This document shows, piece after piece, positions 32,564-47,004 of a DNA stretch of 64,000 nt. Origin of the DNA: an uncultured Planctomycetaceae bacterium (GTDB lineage: Bacteria > Planctomycetota > Planctomycetia > Planctomycetales > Planctomycetaceae); NCBI GenBank assembly GCA_963813715.1, contig CAWFAK010000009.1, positions 32,001-96,000 of the forward strand. Direction: 5' to 3'. Position 1 is the first letter of the stretch. Every line of letters starts with the position of its first letter. Made by a program: the position numbers and the translations under genes. A model generated the notes under the pieces. It was given only the letters and a program-made list of their open reading frames with translations. It ran no database searches and was not told the DNA's origin.

Positions 32564-33723
32564 ATGGGCCTGTCGGTTTCCTGCGTCAACTGCCACCGCA
32601 CCGTACAGGTCAAAAGCGAGCTGGCAGGCAAGACCGTGCGCTGTCCGCGCTGCGGCTCGCCGGTCAGCGTGCCGGCGGCGGCGCAGGCCGAGGAACCGTC
32701 GAACGACCGTCCGAGCCGGTCGGGTGCGACTCCCGCGCCCCCTCGCGACGCAGCAGCCATGAAATGGCCCAGCGCAGTTCGTCGAAAAGCGACGCCGGTC
32801 AGCGCATTTCCGGCCGGTCTGACGCCAACCAACGTGTTTCCGGCAAGCGCGACTCAGGCAAGTTCGGCGCCGCCAAGGCCGACAGCGCCGCGCACGATCT
32901 GGACGACAACGACGAACCCTACATGCCCCGCCTGAAAAAGCGGCGCGGCCCCAACGTGATCGCGACGGCGTTTGTCGGTGCGTGGGAAAGCCTGGGCGAC
33001 CGGCGGCGGGAGTACGCGGTCGGCCTGGCAATCGTCCTCGCCCTCGTCGCGTTGCAACTCGCGTACGGCGGTTGGTTCAGCAGCACGAAGCCGGCACCGC
33101 CTCCCGTTGGTGCCACAGAAGAAGCGACCGACAACGTCGAGCTGCCTGCCAACAAGGGCCCCGTCCCCGTCGTGATCGTCGACGCTGAGAAGAAAAAGGA
33201 CGAGCCAGACAAAGACGCGGACGCCACGGCGCCGCTCAAGCGCACCAAGCCGGTCGCGGGGCAGGACAGCGTCGGGAAGGACAATGCCGCCAAGGACAGT
33301 GCGACTCGAAAGAACGCCGGCCGAATGATCGGGGGCAATCGGCCGGCCCTCTCGGCATTCGGTGCTCGCCAGGATCCGCAGCGCACCCTGCAGCCACCGG
33401 AACATGCAGGACCCACGCAACAGACCATTCCCACGGTCAAAACCGATCACGCCGGGGCGTATAACGCAGCCTCGCCGCCGGAGGTGGGGGAAGTGGTCGT
33501 CGTGCGTCTCAGAGACGGTCTGCACGTCGCCAAGGTGGCTTCGGTCGACGTCTCCGAGTTGCAATGCGATATCGTCGTGCTCGATGCGGGCGCCTATCAC
33601 AAGCGGGGACAAATCAAAGAAACGAGCCGGACCGACACCGTCCGCTTCGGCCAGATGCGGCCGCCGACGTTCTTGAGGTCCAACCGCAACCTGCCGCCCG
33701 ACTTCGGCCCGCCCGCGATGTAG
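32564..33723 (+). CDS. Zinc-ribbon single-pass membrane protein; probable frameshift near 32700-32760
   Basis: N-terminal CVNC...CPRC; TM segment (YAVGLAIVLALVALQLAYGGW) in the adjacent frame. Confidence 0.65.
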
Positions 33724-33879
33724 TTGTTAGTGCAATCTCGTCCGTGCGAAGTGCTCGGCGCCGATCTTGGCGGTGTGATGTGCATCGGCGCGAGCCCATC
33801 GACACGCGACCCCAGGCGGCACGCGACGTCGGCGGCACGAGCGATACGTTCCGCCCCTGGGGGCCATGGCCCCCCCGCG

Positions 33880-34643
33880 TCATTCGAGGTCGAGCTTCAT
33901 GACCTTCAGGCGCGGATCGAAGAGTGACGGTCCGTGCGTCACGCGGATCTTCTTGCCGGCCGCGGTGACGATCCGCGGCCGTGCCGGATGCGGGCGCCGC
34001 TCTCGAGGATGCCCCGCACGGTGGGATAACAAATATCGAGTAGCTCTTCGCGATCCATGCGCGCCCGCTCGACCTCGATCTCGAGCTGGCCGAAGGCCCA
34101 CATGCCGTTGGTGTAGAAGCGGTGAATGCCTTCGTCGATCGTGTCGGACCGCATGTCGATCCACAAGTTGGGGACGAGCTTCTTGAAGGTCAGCGCGGCC
34201 ACTTGCCGCTGAAACGTGGCCGGCTCGTGCACGAGTCCGCCGTTCTCCCAGAAGATGCCCAGCGTTTCCGCGTGCCGGGCGACGGCCGCCACCAGGTGCG
34301 TGAGGCGGACGTGCTTCTCCTGCATCGTGCCGTGCTCGCCCATCAGCGTGACGACAGCGTGCCGCGGGTGACGGCGGAGGCGGGCCGTCGCCTGAGGCCA
34401 CCACCAGGCGGCCGCGCAGGCGGCCTCGAGTTCATCCCCGAGAATGGGCCCCTTCATCGCGGCGACGACGGCCATGTTGCCGCCGTAGGGAAAAATGATT
34501 TCGGTCTTCGTGAGTTTGACGCTGCCTTCGCTGGGGCAGTCGGGAAAGCGCCGGCTCAAGGTGGCCAGAATTTGTCGCGGCGCGGGGAGCGACGGGGAGG
34601 CCATCGCGATCTTCGCGGAGAGGACCGTCGACCCGTTCGACAT
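33880..34643 (-). CDS. DUF4261-like hypothetical protein; frameshift near 33960
   Basis: AWWWPQA..HPRHAVVTL, GIFWENGG, PNLWID, YTNGMWAFGQLEIE. Confidence 0.65.
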
Positions 34644-35002
34644 CGCGCTGGTTTCCGGAAACTGGCTGCGACCGGGGAAACAGGAACAACCTTCGCGCCC
34701 ATTCTTCCGCGAGCCCCGGCGAGGCGAAAGTCAGCCGGCAAAAGTTGACCGTGCGGGGACCGTCGCCCCGCCCCAGCCCGCCTTGACACCGCCGGCACGG
34801 GGCGGGATGCTGGAGTTTGGGTCGCGTGCGGATCGAGCTCTGCGCCCGGCCTCCTTGCCTCGTCCTACCCCGATTTTGCCCGCCCTGACGCTGCCTCCAA
34901 AAGCCGGTTGACCGCGGCTGTCACCAGAGCCGCCCGCCGGCTGGTTTTCCGATCGCTTCCCGCCATTCGAAACGACTCGCAGAAATTCGCGGAGATTCGT
35001 CG

Positions 35003-37181
35003 ATGCGCTTTCGCAAGACGGCAATGATTGCCCGGCCGGCGGGAATTGTCGGCTGTTTGCTGGCCCTCTCAGGAATATTGGGGACAGGCGGCCTGCGGAC
35101 TGGCAACGTGCGGGCCGACGACATCAAGCGCGAGCAGATCGAACAGCTGCAGAAAGCCCGGGACGACGCGCGGGCCACTCGCGAGTCACTGGAAAAATCG
35201 CTCAAGCAGGCCGAGGAGAAGGCCCGCACGCTCGGCAAGCTGATCACAAAGTTGAAGGGCGACCTGGAGACGACCAAATCGGCGCTGCATGTGACCGACG
35301 AGGAACTGACCAGGCACGCCGACGCCGTCCGCAAATTCAATGAGGAGCGTGCGCAGGCGCTGGTGAAGGCGGCCGGCGAAGCCAAGGCCAGGCGCGATAC
35401 GGCCGCGGCCCTCGTTAAAGCGGCGCAGGATAAAATTCATGCCGAGCAGGACTCGCTCCTGCACTTGAAGGCCGATCAAACGAAGGCGCAAGCTGCCGCC
35501 GTTGACGCGGAAAAACATCTGAAGGAGCGTCAGACTGCCGCAACCAAGGCCAAGGAAGCCGCCGCTGCTGCCAAAGCGGTCGCCGACGCCGCCGCCAAGA
35601 GAGCAGTCGAGGCCGCGCAAGCCGCCGAGAAAGCGCTCGCCGACGCCAAGAAAACCGAAGAGACGATCACCGCCTCGCACGCGGCCGAAAAATCCGCCGG
35701 CGAAAAGATCGCCGCCAACGCAGAAAATGCTCGCGGGCGACGAAAAGGAAGCGGCCAAGTCGCGGCAGTCGCTGACCGAACTCAGTGCGACCGCCGTCGC
35801 CCGCCAGATCGAAGCCGAAAAATCGCTGATCGCGCTGGGCAAGCTCGAATCGTTCGCCCAAAAGGTCGCGCCGATTCTGGCCAAACGGTGCCTCGCCTGT
35901 CACGACGCGAAAACGGCGAAGGGCCGCTTCAGCATCGAAACGTTCGCCTCGCTGACGCGCGGCGGCGAGTCGGGTCTGGAAATCGTTCCGGGCCAAAGCG
36001 CCAAATCGAACCTGGTGACGCTGATCGAAGACGGCACGATGCCGCAGGACGCCGATCCGCTCACCAAGTCGGAGATTGCTGTGATCCGTCACTGGATCGA
36101 CACGGGGGCCACGCTCGATGCGGGGCTCAATCCGGCTGATCCGCTGATTGCCGATATGCCGAGCCTGCCGCAGCCGTTGCCGCCGAACAACTATCGCGTG
36201 CCGATCCCGGTGACGGCCGTCGCATTCAGCCCGGATGGCGATCAACTGGCGACCTCCGGCTATCACGAAATTCTGGTGTGGAACACGGCCGACGGCACGC
36301 AACTCCGCCGCATCACCAACGTGGCCGAGCGGGTCTATGCGCTGCAATACAGCCCCGACGGCAGGTTGATCGCCGTCGGCGCGGGAACGCCGGCCCAGCT
36401 CGGCGAGGTGAAGCTGTTTAGCGCGGCCACGGGCGATCAGGTCGCCGACCTGGCTCGCACGAGCGATGCCGTGTTCACCGTCGCCTTCAGCCCGGACGGC
36501 AAGCGGCTGGCGACGGGCGGGGCCGACCGCGCGATCCGCGTTTACGACGTGGCGACGCGCAAACAGCAACTGGCGATCGAGGATCATGCCGACTGGGTGA
36601 TGGACCTGGCGTGGCTGCCCGACGGTTCCAAAATCGTCTCAGCCAGCCGCGACAAAACTGCCAAGGTCTTCGACGCCCGCACCGGCGATTCACTGATCAC
36701 GTTCAACGGTCATGCCGAGCCGGTCTTCGGCGTGGCCATCGCGCCGGACGGCGTCACCGCGATCACCAGCGGACGCGACAAACATCTGCGGCGGTGGAAC
36801 ATCGCCGACGGCCGCGAGGTCCAGCGGATCGACGGCTTCGGCGACGACGTGCTCCACGTCAGCGTGACGAAGGACGGCCGCATCTTCAGTTGCAGCGCCG
36901 ATCGGACGGCCCGGCTGCACGCACTCGACGGCAAGCTGCTCAAGACCTTTTCCGGGCATAGCGACTGGGTCTACGCACTGGCCTTCTGCACAGCCACCAA
37001 TCGCCTGGCCACGGGGGCGTTCGACGGCGAAATTCGCATGTGGAACGTCGCCGACGGCAAGAATTTAATCAAATTCGTCGCCGCCCCCGGCTACAAAAAG
37101 CCTCAACTGCGGACAGCCGCCCTCTCGAAGCCGAAGAAAGCCGCCGCTCCGGCGGTGGCTCGCTCGACGGACAAAAAGTAA
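35003..37181 (+). CDS. Secreted coiled-coil + planctomycete cytochrome c + WD40-repeat protein; frameshift near 35725
   Basis: Ala/Lys/Glu coiled coil, VAPILAKRCLACH, repeated AFSPDG/GH..WV/D..IR.W units. Confidence 0.82.
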
Positions 37182-37355
37182 TCCGAGCGCGCGAATGATC
37201 GCTACCGCACCAGCCCCTCCCCTTGTCCCCCGCCTCGCAGCCCGACATAGTTAGGTTACGGGCAGTGTGAGATGCAGACAGTGTTAAATTGTCGGGCAGT
37301 GTCAGATCGGGCGGAGATCGACGCCAGTCCGGCAATTGCACAATGGGGGTGCCTT

Positions 37356-38006
37356 ATGGCGCGCCGCGCTTTGCTCTTGGGTCTTGGATCGATTCTCGCG
37401 GTGGTTGTGACCAGCGGCGTGCTCGCTGCTGCGGTGACCGTCAAGTCGGGCGTCTTTGAAAAAGTTTCGCCGGACGGCAAGACGATCACCGTGAAGTTCG
37501 GGCACGCCGAGGAGTCGACTGAGCTTTCGGTCGCTGCGAACATCAATGTGCGCTACGACGGCAAGCCCACGGAATTGACGGCGATCAAGCCGGGCATGTC
37601 CGTTACGGTGCAGATCGACGGCAAAGAGGCCCAACTCATCATCGCCCGCGCTGCCCGGGACGAAGAGCCTCGGGTGGCCAAGCCGTCCAAGCCGAAGACG
37701 ACGTCAAAGTCGACGAGCAAAACGGCCCTTGCCCGCAAATCGAAGGCAAACGCGCGCAAATCGAGTAAGGCCTCCAGCAGCAGGCGGGACCCGGGTCCGC
37801 TCGACGACATGCCGGTGGCGACGACTCCCTTGGCATCAATGGGAAGTGCCCCGGGCACCAATGCGAACGGACCAAGCCCGCTCGACTCGATGCCCACTGC
37901 CACGACTCCCCTGGCCGGATCGAGAACCAGCAACGGAAACAGGAACGGACCAAGCCCGTTGGACTCGATGCCCGCGGCAACGACTCCGCTGGCCAGCGGA
38001 AGATAG
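37356..38006 (+). CDS. Secreted hypothetical protein with three C-terminal PLDxMPxATTPLA repeats
   Basis: Signal peptide, small beta-rich domain, K/S-rich linker, three repeats. Confidence 0.7.
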   Translation: MARRALLLGLGSILAVVVTSGVLAAAVTVKSGVFEKVSPDGKTITVKFGHAEESTELSVAANINVRYDGKPTELTAIKPGMSVTVQIDGKEAQLIIARAARDEEPRVAKPSKPKTTSKSTSKTALARKSKANARKSSKASSSRRDPGPLDDMPVATTPLASMGSAPGTNANGPSPLDSMPTATTPLAGSRTSNGNRNGPSPLDSMPAATTPLASGR

Positions 38007-38056
38007 CCCCGAACAGCCGTTTCCGTCGGCAGCGCTGTTGCCCGCCGTCGGAAGAG

Positions 38057-39043
38057 TCACGCGGTGCGGGTGCCCATCATGTTCACGCCGCTGCCGACGA
38101 GCAGGTCGTGCTCGTAGATCCAGCGATAGACTCGTCCCGATTTTTCCGGCGGCAGTACCACGAGCTTCTCGAACCCTGCCGCCTTGAACCAGTCGCATAG
38201 CTCGGCCACCGTGTGGTGGTGCTGATAGGCCGGCGCGTACCAGTCGAACGTGTCGCAGACGCGATTCTCCCACGCCGGATGGGCGCTGAAGTTCACGATC
38301 TTGTTGAGCGTTTTGTTGACGAGCGGCACGCCGCCGAGCGCGGCCCCCACGCGGCACCAGCGTTCGAGTTTCTCCGGCGGCATCCGCACGCTGCGGCGTC
38401 GCAGCGCGTCGTTGAGCCATTCCTGCCACGCCTGGTTACGGCGATAGAGCCAAACCGCGAACCGTCCGCCGGGCCGCACGAGGCGGGCAACCGAGTCGAA
38501 CACGGCCCGCGTGTCGACGTCGTGGTGCATCACGCCGATGGAAAAAACCGCGTCGAACGATTGCGGCTCAAACGGCAAATGCTTGAGGTCGGCCTGGGCG
38601 AAGGCGACGTTTGGCAGATGGGCACAAAGCGCGGCCGCCTTGTCGACGGCCGTCGTATGGTCGACGCCGCGGACGATGGCCCCGGCCTCGCCGGCTACCT
38701 TCGCATAACGCCCGCCGCCGCAGCCCGCATCGAGCACGCGCAAGCCGGCGAGCGACGCGCGGGTCATGCCGGTTTTCGCCTCGAAGGTCGCGCGGTCCTC
38801 GTCATCGTGGGCCACTTCGTAAGTGTTCCACTGCCGGCCGAAGCTCGCCAGGTGTTCTTGTTCGACGAAGCGGGGAATGCCGCCGACGACCGGAAAGCTT
38901 GCGCCGCAACGGCAGACGAGGCGCTCGCCGCTCGCCGCGCTGTTCCCGTCCCCGCCGAAGGGGCTGCCGCAAATCGGACAGCGCAGCTCGGCGGCTAGCG
39001 TGGGATTCAGCGTGGTCTGTGAGGAGTCAGTCACCGAGGACAT
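38057..39043 (-). CDS. Class I SAM-dependent methyltransferase with Trm112-like N-terminus
   Basis: LRCPIC..C.C..FPVVGGIPRF, VLDAGCGGGR, FDAVFSIGVMHH, TFDWYAP. Confidence 0.85.
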   Translation of the reverse strand: MSSVTDSSQTTLNPTLAAELRCPICGSPFGGDGNSAASGERLVCRCGASFPVVGGIPRFVEQEHLASFGRQWNTYEVAHDDEDRATFEAKTGMTRASLAGLRVLDAGCGGGRYAKVAGEAGAIVRGVDHTTAVDKAAALCAHLPNVAFAQADLKHLPFEPQSFDAVFSIGVMHHDVDTRAVFDSVARLVRPGGRFAVWLYRRNQAWQEWLNDALRRRSVRMPPEKLERWCRVGAALGGVPLVNKTLNKIVNFSAHPAWENRVCDTFDWYAPAYQHHHTVAELCDWFKAAGFEKLVVLPPEKSGRVYRWIYEHDLLVGSGVNMMGTRTA

Positions 39044-39425
39044 CGTTGCAAGAAACCGCCGCGGCGAGGTGTACACTTTGTGCGGACCGTACGGCCGTCG
39101 TCGGATGCAAACGGTCTTGTGCGGCGCGCGGTCGGGGATGCGCAGGTGTGAACCGAATGAACGCCACCAAAAATATCACAAACCCAACGAGGTAGACACA
39201 CAGAAACGCGCGCATCAGCTGGCAGGCAATATTGAGAGATGGATCGTCCAGCGATTTCCACTGGGCACCAAAGAGGAATTTGGCAAACAGCCAGTTGTTG
39301 CGCGGCGAATTGTTCCAGAAGAGCGTCGGTGAACCGATCGATTCATAGGTCGCTGGATGGTCGTTCCGCAGACGACGGAAGAGCCAAGTCACCGCCGCGA
39401 ACCAGACGACGACCATGACGAGCAT
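39027..39425 (-). CDS. Small membrane protein
   Basis: Two hydrophobic helices flanking LRNDHPATYESIGSP; both ends uncertain. Confidence 0.5.
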   Translation of the reverse strand: MLVMVVVWFAAVTWLFRRLRNDHPATYESIGSPTLFWNNSPRNNWLFAKFLFGAQWKSLDDPSLNIACQLMRAFLCVYLVGFVIFLVAFIRFTPAHPRPRAAQDRLHPTTAVRSAQSVHLAAAVSCNDVLGD

Positions 39426-39504
39426 GATCGCCCAGGCGGTAATGAAGATTGCCGGAATTTCGTCGATAGGCGTGCCAGCATGGTTCGCCCGCCCTCGAAC
39501 CGCC

Positions 39505-40239
39505 TCAGAACTCGACAGCCATCAGATCTTCGGCCAGCTCGGTCTTGGGGAAGATCTTACGGGCTTTTTCCACGCCAATGGGGTCGGCGTCTGTGCGGCG
39601 CGGGTCGAGATGAATCAGGAAGAGGCGGCCGACTTTGGCGTGGCGGGCCAGCTCCGCGACGGGCGTGGTGTTGCTGTGGCCGGTGGTGGTGGCCGCCTCC
39701 GCCAGCTCGTCCGGGAAGTAGCATTCGTGAATCAGGATATCGACGTCGCGGACGAAATCGGTGTAGGTGCCGTCGACGGTGGTGTCGGTGATGAAGGCCA
39801 GCGAGCGCCCCGGCCAATCGATGCGAAAACCGATCGAGCCGCCTGGATGGCCGAGCGCCCGATGCGACACCGTTCCCTGCCCGCGGATCGACACCTTGTC
39901 CGCCAGCGGCTCGAACACGTAGGGCGGCAGCAGCGGAAAGATGGGCGGGGCGAAGATGTGCTCCTTCACGGCGGCCAAGGTCGGCGGCGTGGCGTGCACC
40001 GTGGCTCGCGACGGCTTGCCCGAGAGGAGGCCCGTCAGCAAAAACGGCAGGCCCACCACGTGGTCCAGATGGGCGTGCGAGAGAAAGATGTCGAGCTCGG
40101 CCGTCTCGAGCCGCCCGATCACGCGAAAGAAACCGGTCCCCGCGTCGAGCACCACTCCGGCTTCCGGCAACAGAATGCACGTCGTGTGGCGGCGCTCGTT
40201 GGGGTAAAAACCCCCCGTCCCCAAAAACTCGACGCGCAT
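39505..40239 (-). CDS. MBL-fold metallo-hydrolase (RNase Z-like)
   Basis: FLGTGG, DAGTG, SHAHLDH, TDT, LIHEC, GHS. Confidence 0.88.
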   Translation of the reverse strand: MRVEFLGTGGFYPNERRHTTCILLPEAGVVLDAGTGFFRVIGRLETAELDIFLSHAHLDHVVGLPFLLTGLLSGKPSRATVHATPPTLAAVKEHIFAPPIFPLLPPYVFEPLADKVSIRGQGTVSHRALGHPGGSIGFRIDWPGRSLAFITDTTVDGTYTDFVRDVDILIHECYFPDELAEAATTTGHSNTTPVAELARHAKVGRLFLIHLDPRRTDADPIGVEKARKIFPKTELAEDLMAVEF

Positions 40240-40524
40240 CAAGCCGTCTCCGGCGCCCCAGCCCGGCGACACAGTCCGGGCAAATCACGTGCGGCTCTCT
40301 GCATCATAGGCCAGCCGCCGAAACCCGCAAAGCGGACGGCCCAGCCTGCCCCCTCATCGGCCACTTCTCGCGGAACGCTCTGAAAAAACTGTAATCGGCA
40401 CGGCAAATTCGGGCCGCCTGGCGATTCCCGGCGAGCTAGGCTTCATCTGTGGGTGCCGCGCGCCGGGAGTGGACACAGTCCGTTCGCCGATTCGAGGGCT
40501 GCTGGTTCTTTGCGGAGTGCTTTC

Positions 40525-40794
40525 ATGATTCGCAGGCTGTGTGCGTTGCTGTCAGGCCGTCAATGTCCCCCCGCTTTAATCTTGAGCCTGGCGTTCCTCG
40601 CCGAGCCGTGCCTGGCCATCGCCGACAGCCAGACGAAAAAGCCGCCGCAGAAGCCGACTCCGCCCCCGCAACAGCAGCAGCCGACGACGCCGAGCCACTC
40701 GTCCAGAGGCTACAAGTACCAGTCGCTCGACAAGTATCACCCGCACGCCAAGTCGGGGAGCAAGTCGAAGCGTGGTTCGCACGGCTCGACGTAG
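40525..40794 (+). CDS. Small secreted low-complexity protein
   Basis: GGAG RBS, hydrophobic leader, P/Q/K/S-rich mature part. Confidence 0.45.
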   Translation: MIRRLCALLSGRQCPPALILSLAFLAEPCLAIADSQTKKPPQKPTPPPQQQQPTTPSHSSRGYKYQSLDKYHPHAKSGSKSKRGSHGST

Positions 40795-40842
40795 CCGGCC
40801 AGTTCGTGGGCGGACGCAGGGCGTGCAAGGCGGCAATCGTTG

Positions 40843-45267
<4,425 letters not shown>

Positions 45268-45367
45268 CACGGTACAGAGGGTCAATCACGGGAGAAGGGC
45301 ACGTCCAATCGCGCCGCTCCTTCCTTTATAGCAGGCCGGACCAGGCGCACGGACGGCCGTCTTTTGG

Positions 45368-45382
45368 GCAACTCTTGTGCCC
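45368..45382 (-). promoter_or_regulatory. Candidate sigma-54 promoter upstream of sucA
   Basis: Minus strand GGGCACAAGAGTTGC (GG-N10-GC), ~100 bp before the start. Confidence 0.5.
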
Positions 45383-45587
45383 GCTCGCAATCATTATTTC
45401 GCGAGCGAGCTGGGCTAGACAGCCCTCAGATTACGTTCCACAACGTACGGTGTGACCAGTCCGCAAAGCGGACGCCGGCACGCCAGCTTTGACGATCAGC
45501 AGTGGTGTGCGTGCAGGCCCGACGCCCATTCTAAATCCGAGCGTTTGCGGCGACAAAAATGTGAGAATCATGACTTGACCTTCCATG

Positions 45588-45605
45588 TAGTTGTATATAC
45601 AAATA
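45588..45605. promoter_or_regulatory. MarR-type operator 1
   Basis: TAGTTGTATATACAAATA near-palindrome just downstream of TTGACC (45575-45580). Confidence 0.75.
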
Positions 45606-45618
45606 CCAGGAGGCGAAA

Positions 45619-46071
45619 ATGGCGGACGACAAGCACAATCGTGACATCGACGTCGTGGCTCGCGACTGTATCGCCTTGCGGGTGCGGATGCTCAATCGCA
45701 TCGTGACCAACATCTACGACGAGGCCCTGCGACCACTGGGACTCAAAGCGAGTCAGTTCAACGTCCTGGTGGCGGCGGCCAAGCTCGGTCTGGCTCGGCC
45801 TCAAAGGGTGTGCGAGATTCTTCAAATGGACGTATCCACGCTGAGTCGCAACGCGGAACGAATGATCGCCAAGGGCTGGCTGGAGGCCGTGCCCGGCGAG
45901 GATGGCCGGATGCAGTCGTTGCGTGTTACGGCGCGTGGTTCTCGCCTCCTTGAGCAGGCCATTCCGGCCTGGGAGCAAGCCCAGCGCCGGGCGAGAGGTC
46001 TCTTGGGCCGGGAGGGAGCGGCACTGCTTGCCAAGACGACGGAGAGACTTGGGAAGCAGGCCGTTTCTTGA
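45619..46071 (+). CDS. MarR family transcriptional regulator
   Basis: CIALRVRMLNRIVTNIYDEALRPLGLKASQFNVL, MDVSTLSRN, DGR, WEQAQ; GGAGG RBS. Confidence 0.92.
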   Translation: MADDKHNRDIDVVARDCIALRVRMLNRIVTNIYDEALRPLGLKASQFNVLVAAAKLGLARPQRVCEILQMDVSTLSRNAERMIAKGWLEAVPGEDGRMQSLRVTARGSRLLEQAIPAWEQAQRRARGLLGREGAALLAKTTERLGKQAVS

Positions 46072-46086
46072 ATTTTTTTCGTCTGA

Positions 46087-46104
46087 TAGTTGCATATACA
46101 ACTA
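46087..46104. promoter_or_regulatory. MarR-type operator 2
   Basis: TAGTTGCATATACAACTA near-perfect palindrome. Confidence 0.75.
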
Positions 46105-46130
46105 AATCCTCTTGGAAAGTGAAGTGTGTC

Positions 46131-46926
46131 ATGGCTGAATCGCTGCAAATGTCGAACACGAAGGATCAGGACCGAACCGGAATGTTGCGCCGGCCGCTTG
46201 ACGGCTCGCGGCCGCCGCGCGAGAGCGACCTGGCCGGGCTTGCCTTGGCGGGCGGCCGAGCCGCAAAGGCGGACGTCTCTTTACTCCGGGCGATGGTTGT
46301 CGTTGCCTTAGCCGTGTGGATGTCGGCCGTCGTCGTGCTTGGCGCTCGGGGCGCGTTTGTGCGCCCTCCGGGGACGCCGCCGTTGCCGATTGCCCTGGGC
46401 TTCGCCGCGCCTATCGTCGTGTTCTTCGTCGCCTTCCTCGCGTCAGCCTCGTTCCGCGATTTTCTCGCGGGCCGGGATTCTTTCACTCCTGACGGCCATC
46501 CAATCGTGGCGCTTTGCCGGCTTCGGGTTTATCGCACTCTATGTGTCCGGCGTCCTGCCGGGCGCCTTCGCCTGGCCGGCCGGGTTGGGCGACATGGCCA
46601 TTGGGCTGACGGCGCCTTGGGTCGCACTCTGGGTCGCTCACCGACCGGGTTTCGCGGCCGGCCGGCTGTTTGTGATCTGGAACTTGCTGGGGATCCTGGA
46701 TCTCGTCGCGGCGGTCGCCAATGGGGCGTTCAACCAGGTCTTGGCGACCGGCGCCGCCGGCGAGATCACAACCGCGCCCATGGCCCAGATGCCGCTGGTG
46801 CTCATTCCGGCGTTTCTCGTGCCGCTGTTTCTAATGCTGCACGTGACCGCGCTGTTCCAGGCACGGCAGCTGACACGCCCGGCGCTGGGCAAAGCCAGCG
46901 ACGAGTTGGACCTGATCGTGGAGTGA
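46131..46926 (+). CDS. Multi-pass membrane protein; frameshift near 46470
   Basis: QSWRFAG, FAWPAGLGDMAIG, WNLLGILDL, PLVLIPAFLVP; several TM helices. Confidence 0.75.
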
Positions 46927-47004
46927 TTTACCAGGTTCGTGTTTCGCGAGCGGGCCGGCAAGACTGGCGGCTTTTCGGCCGGCGCCTGTCTGGCCGGAAG
47001 AGAG

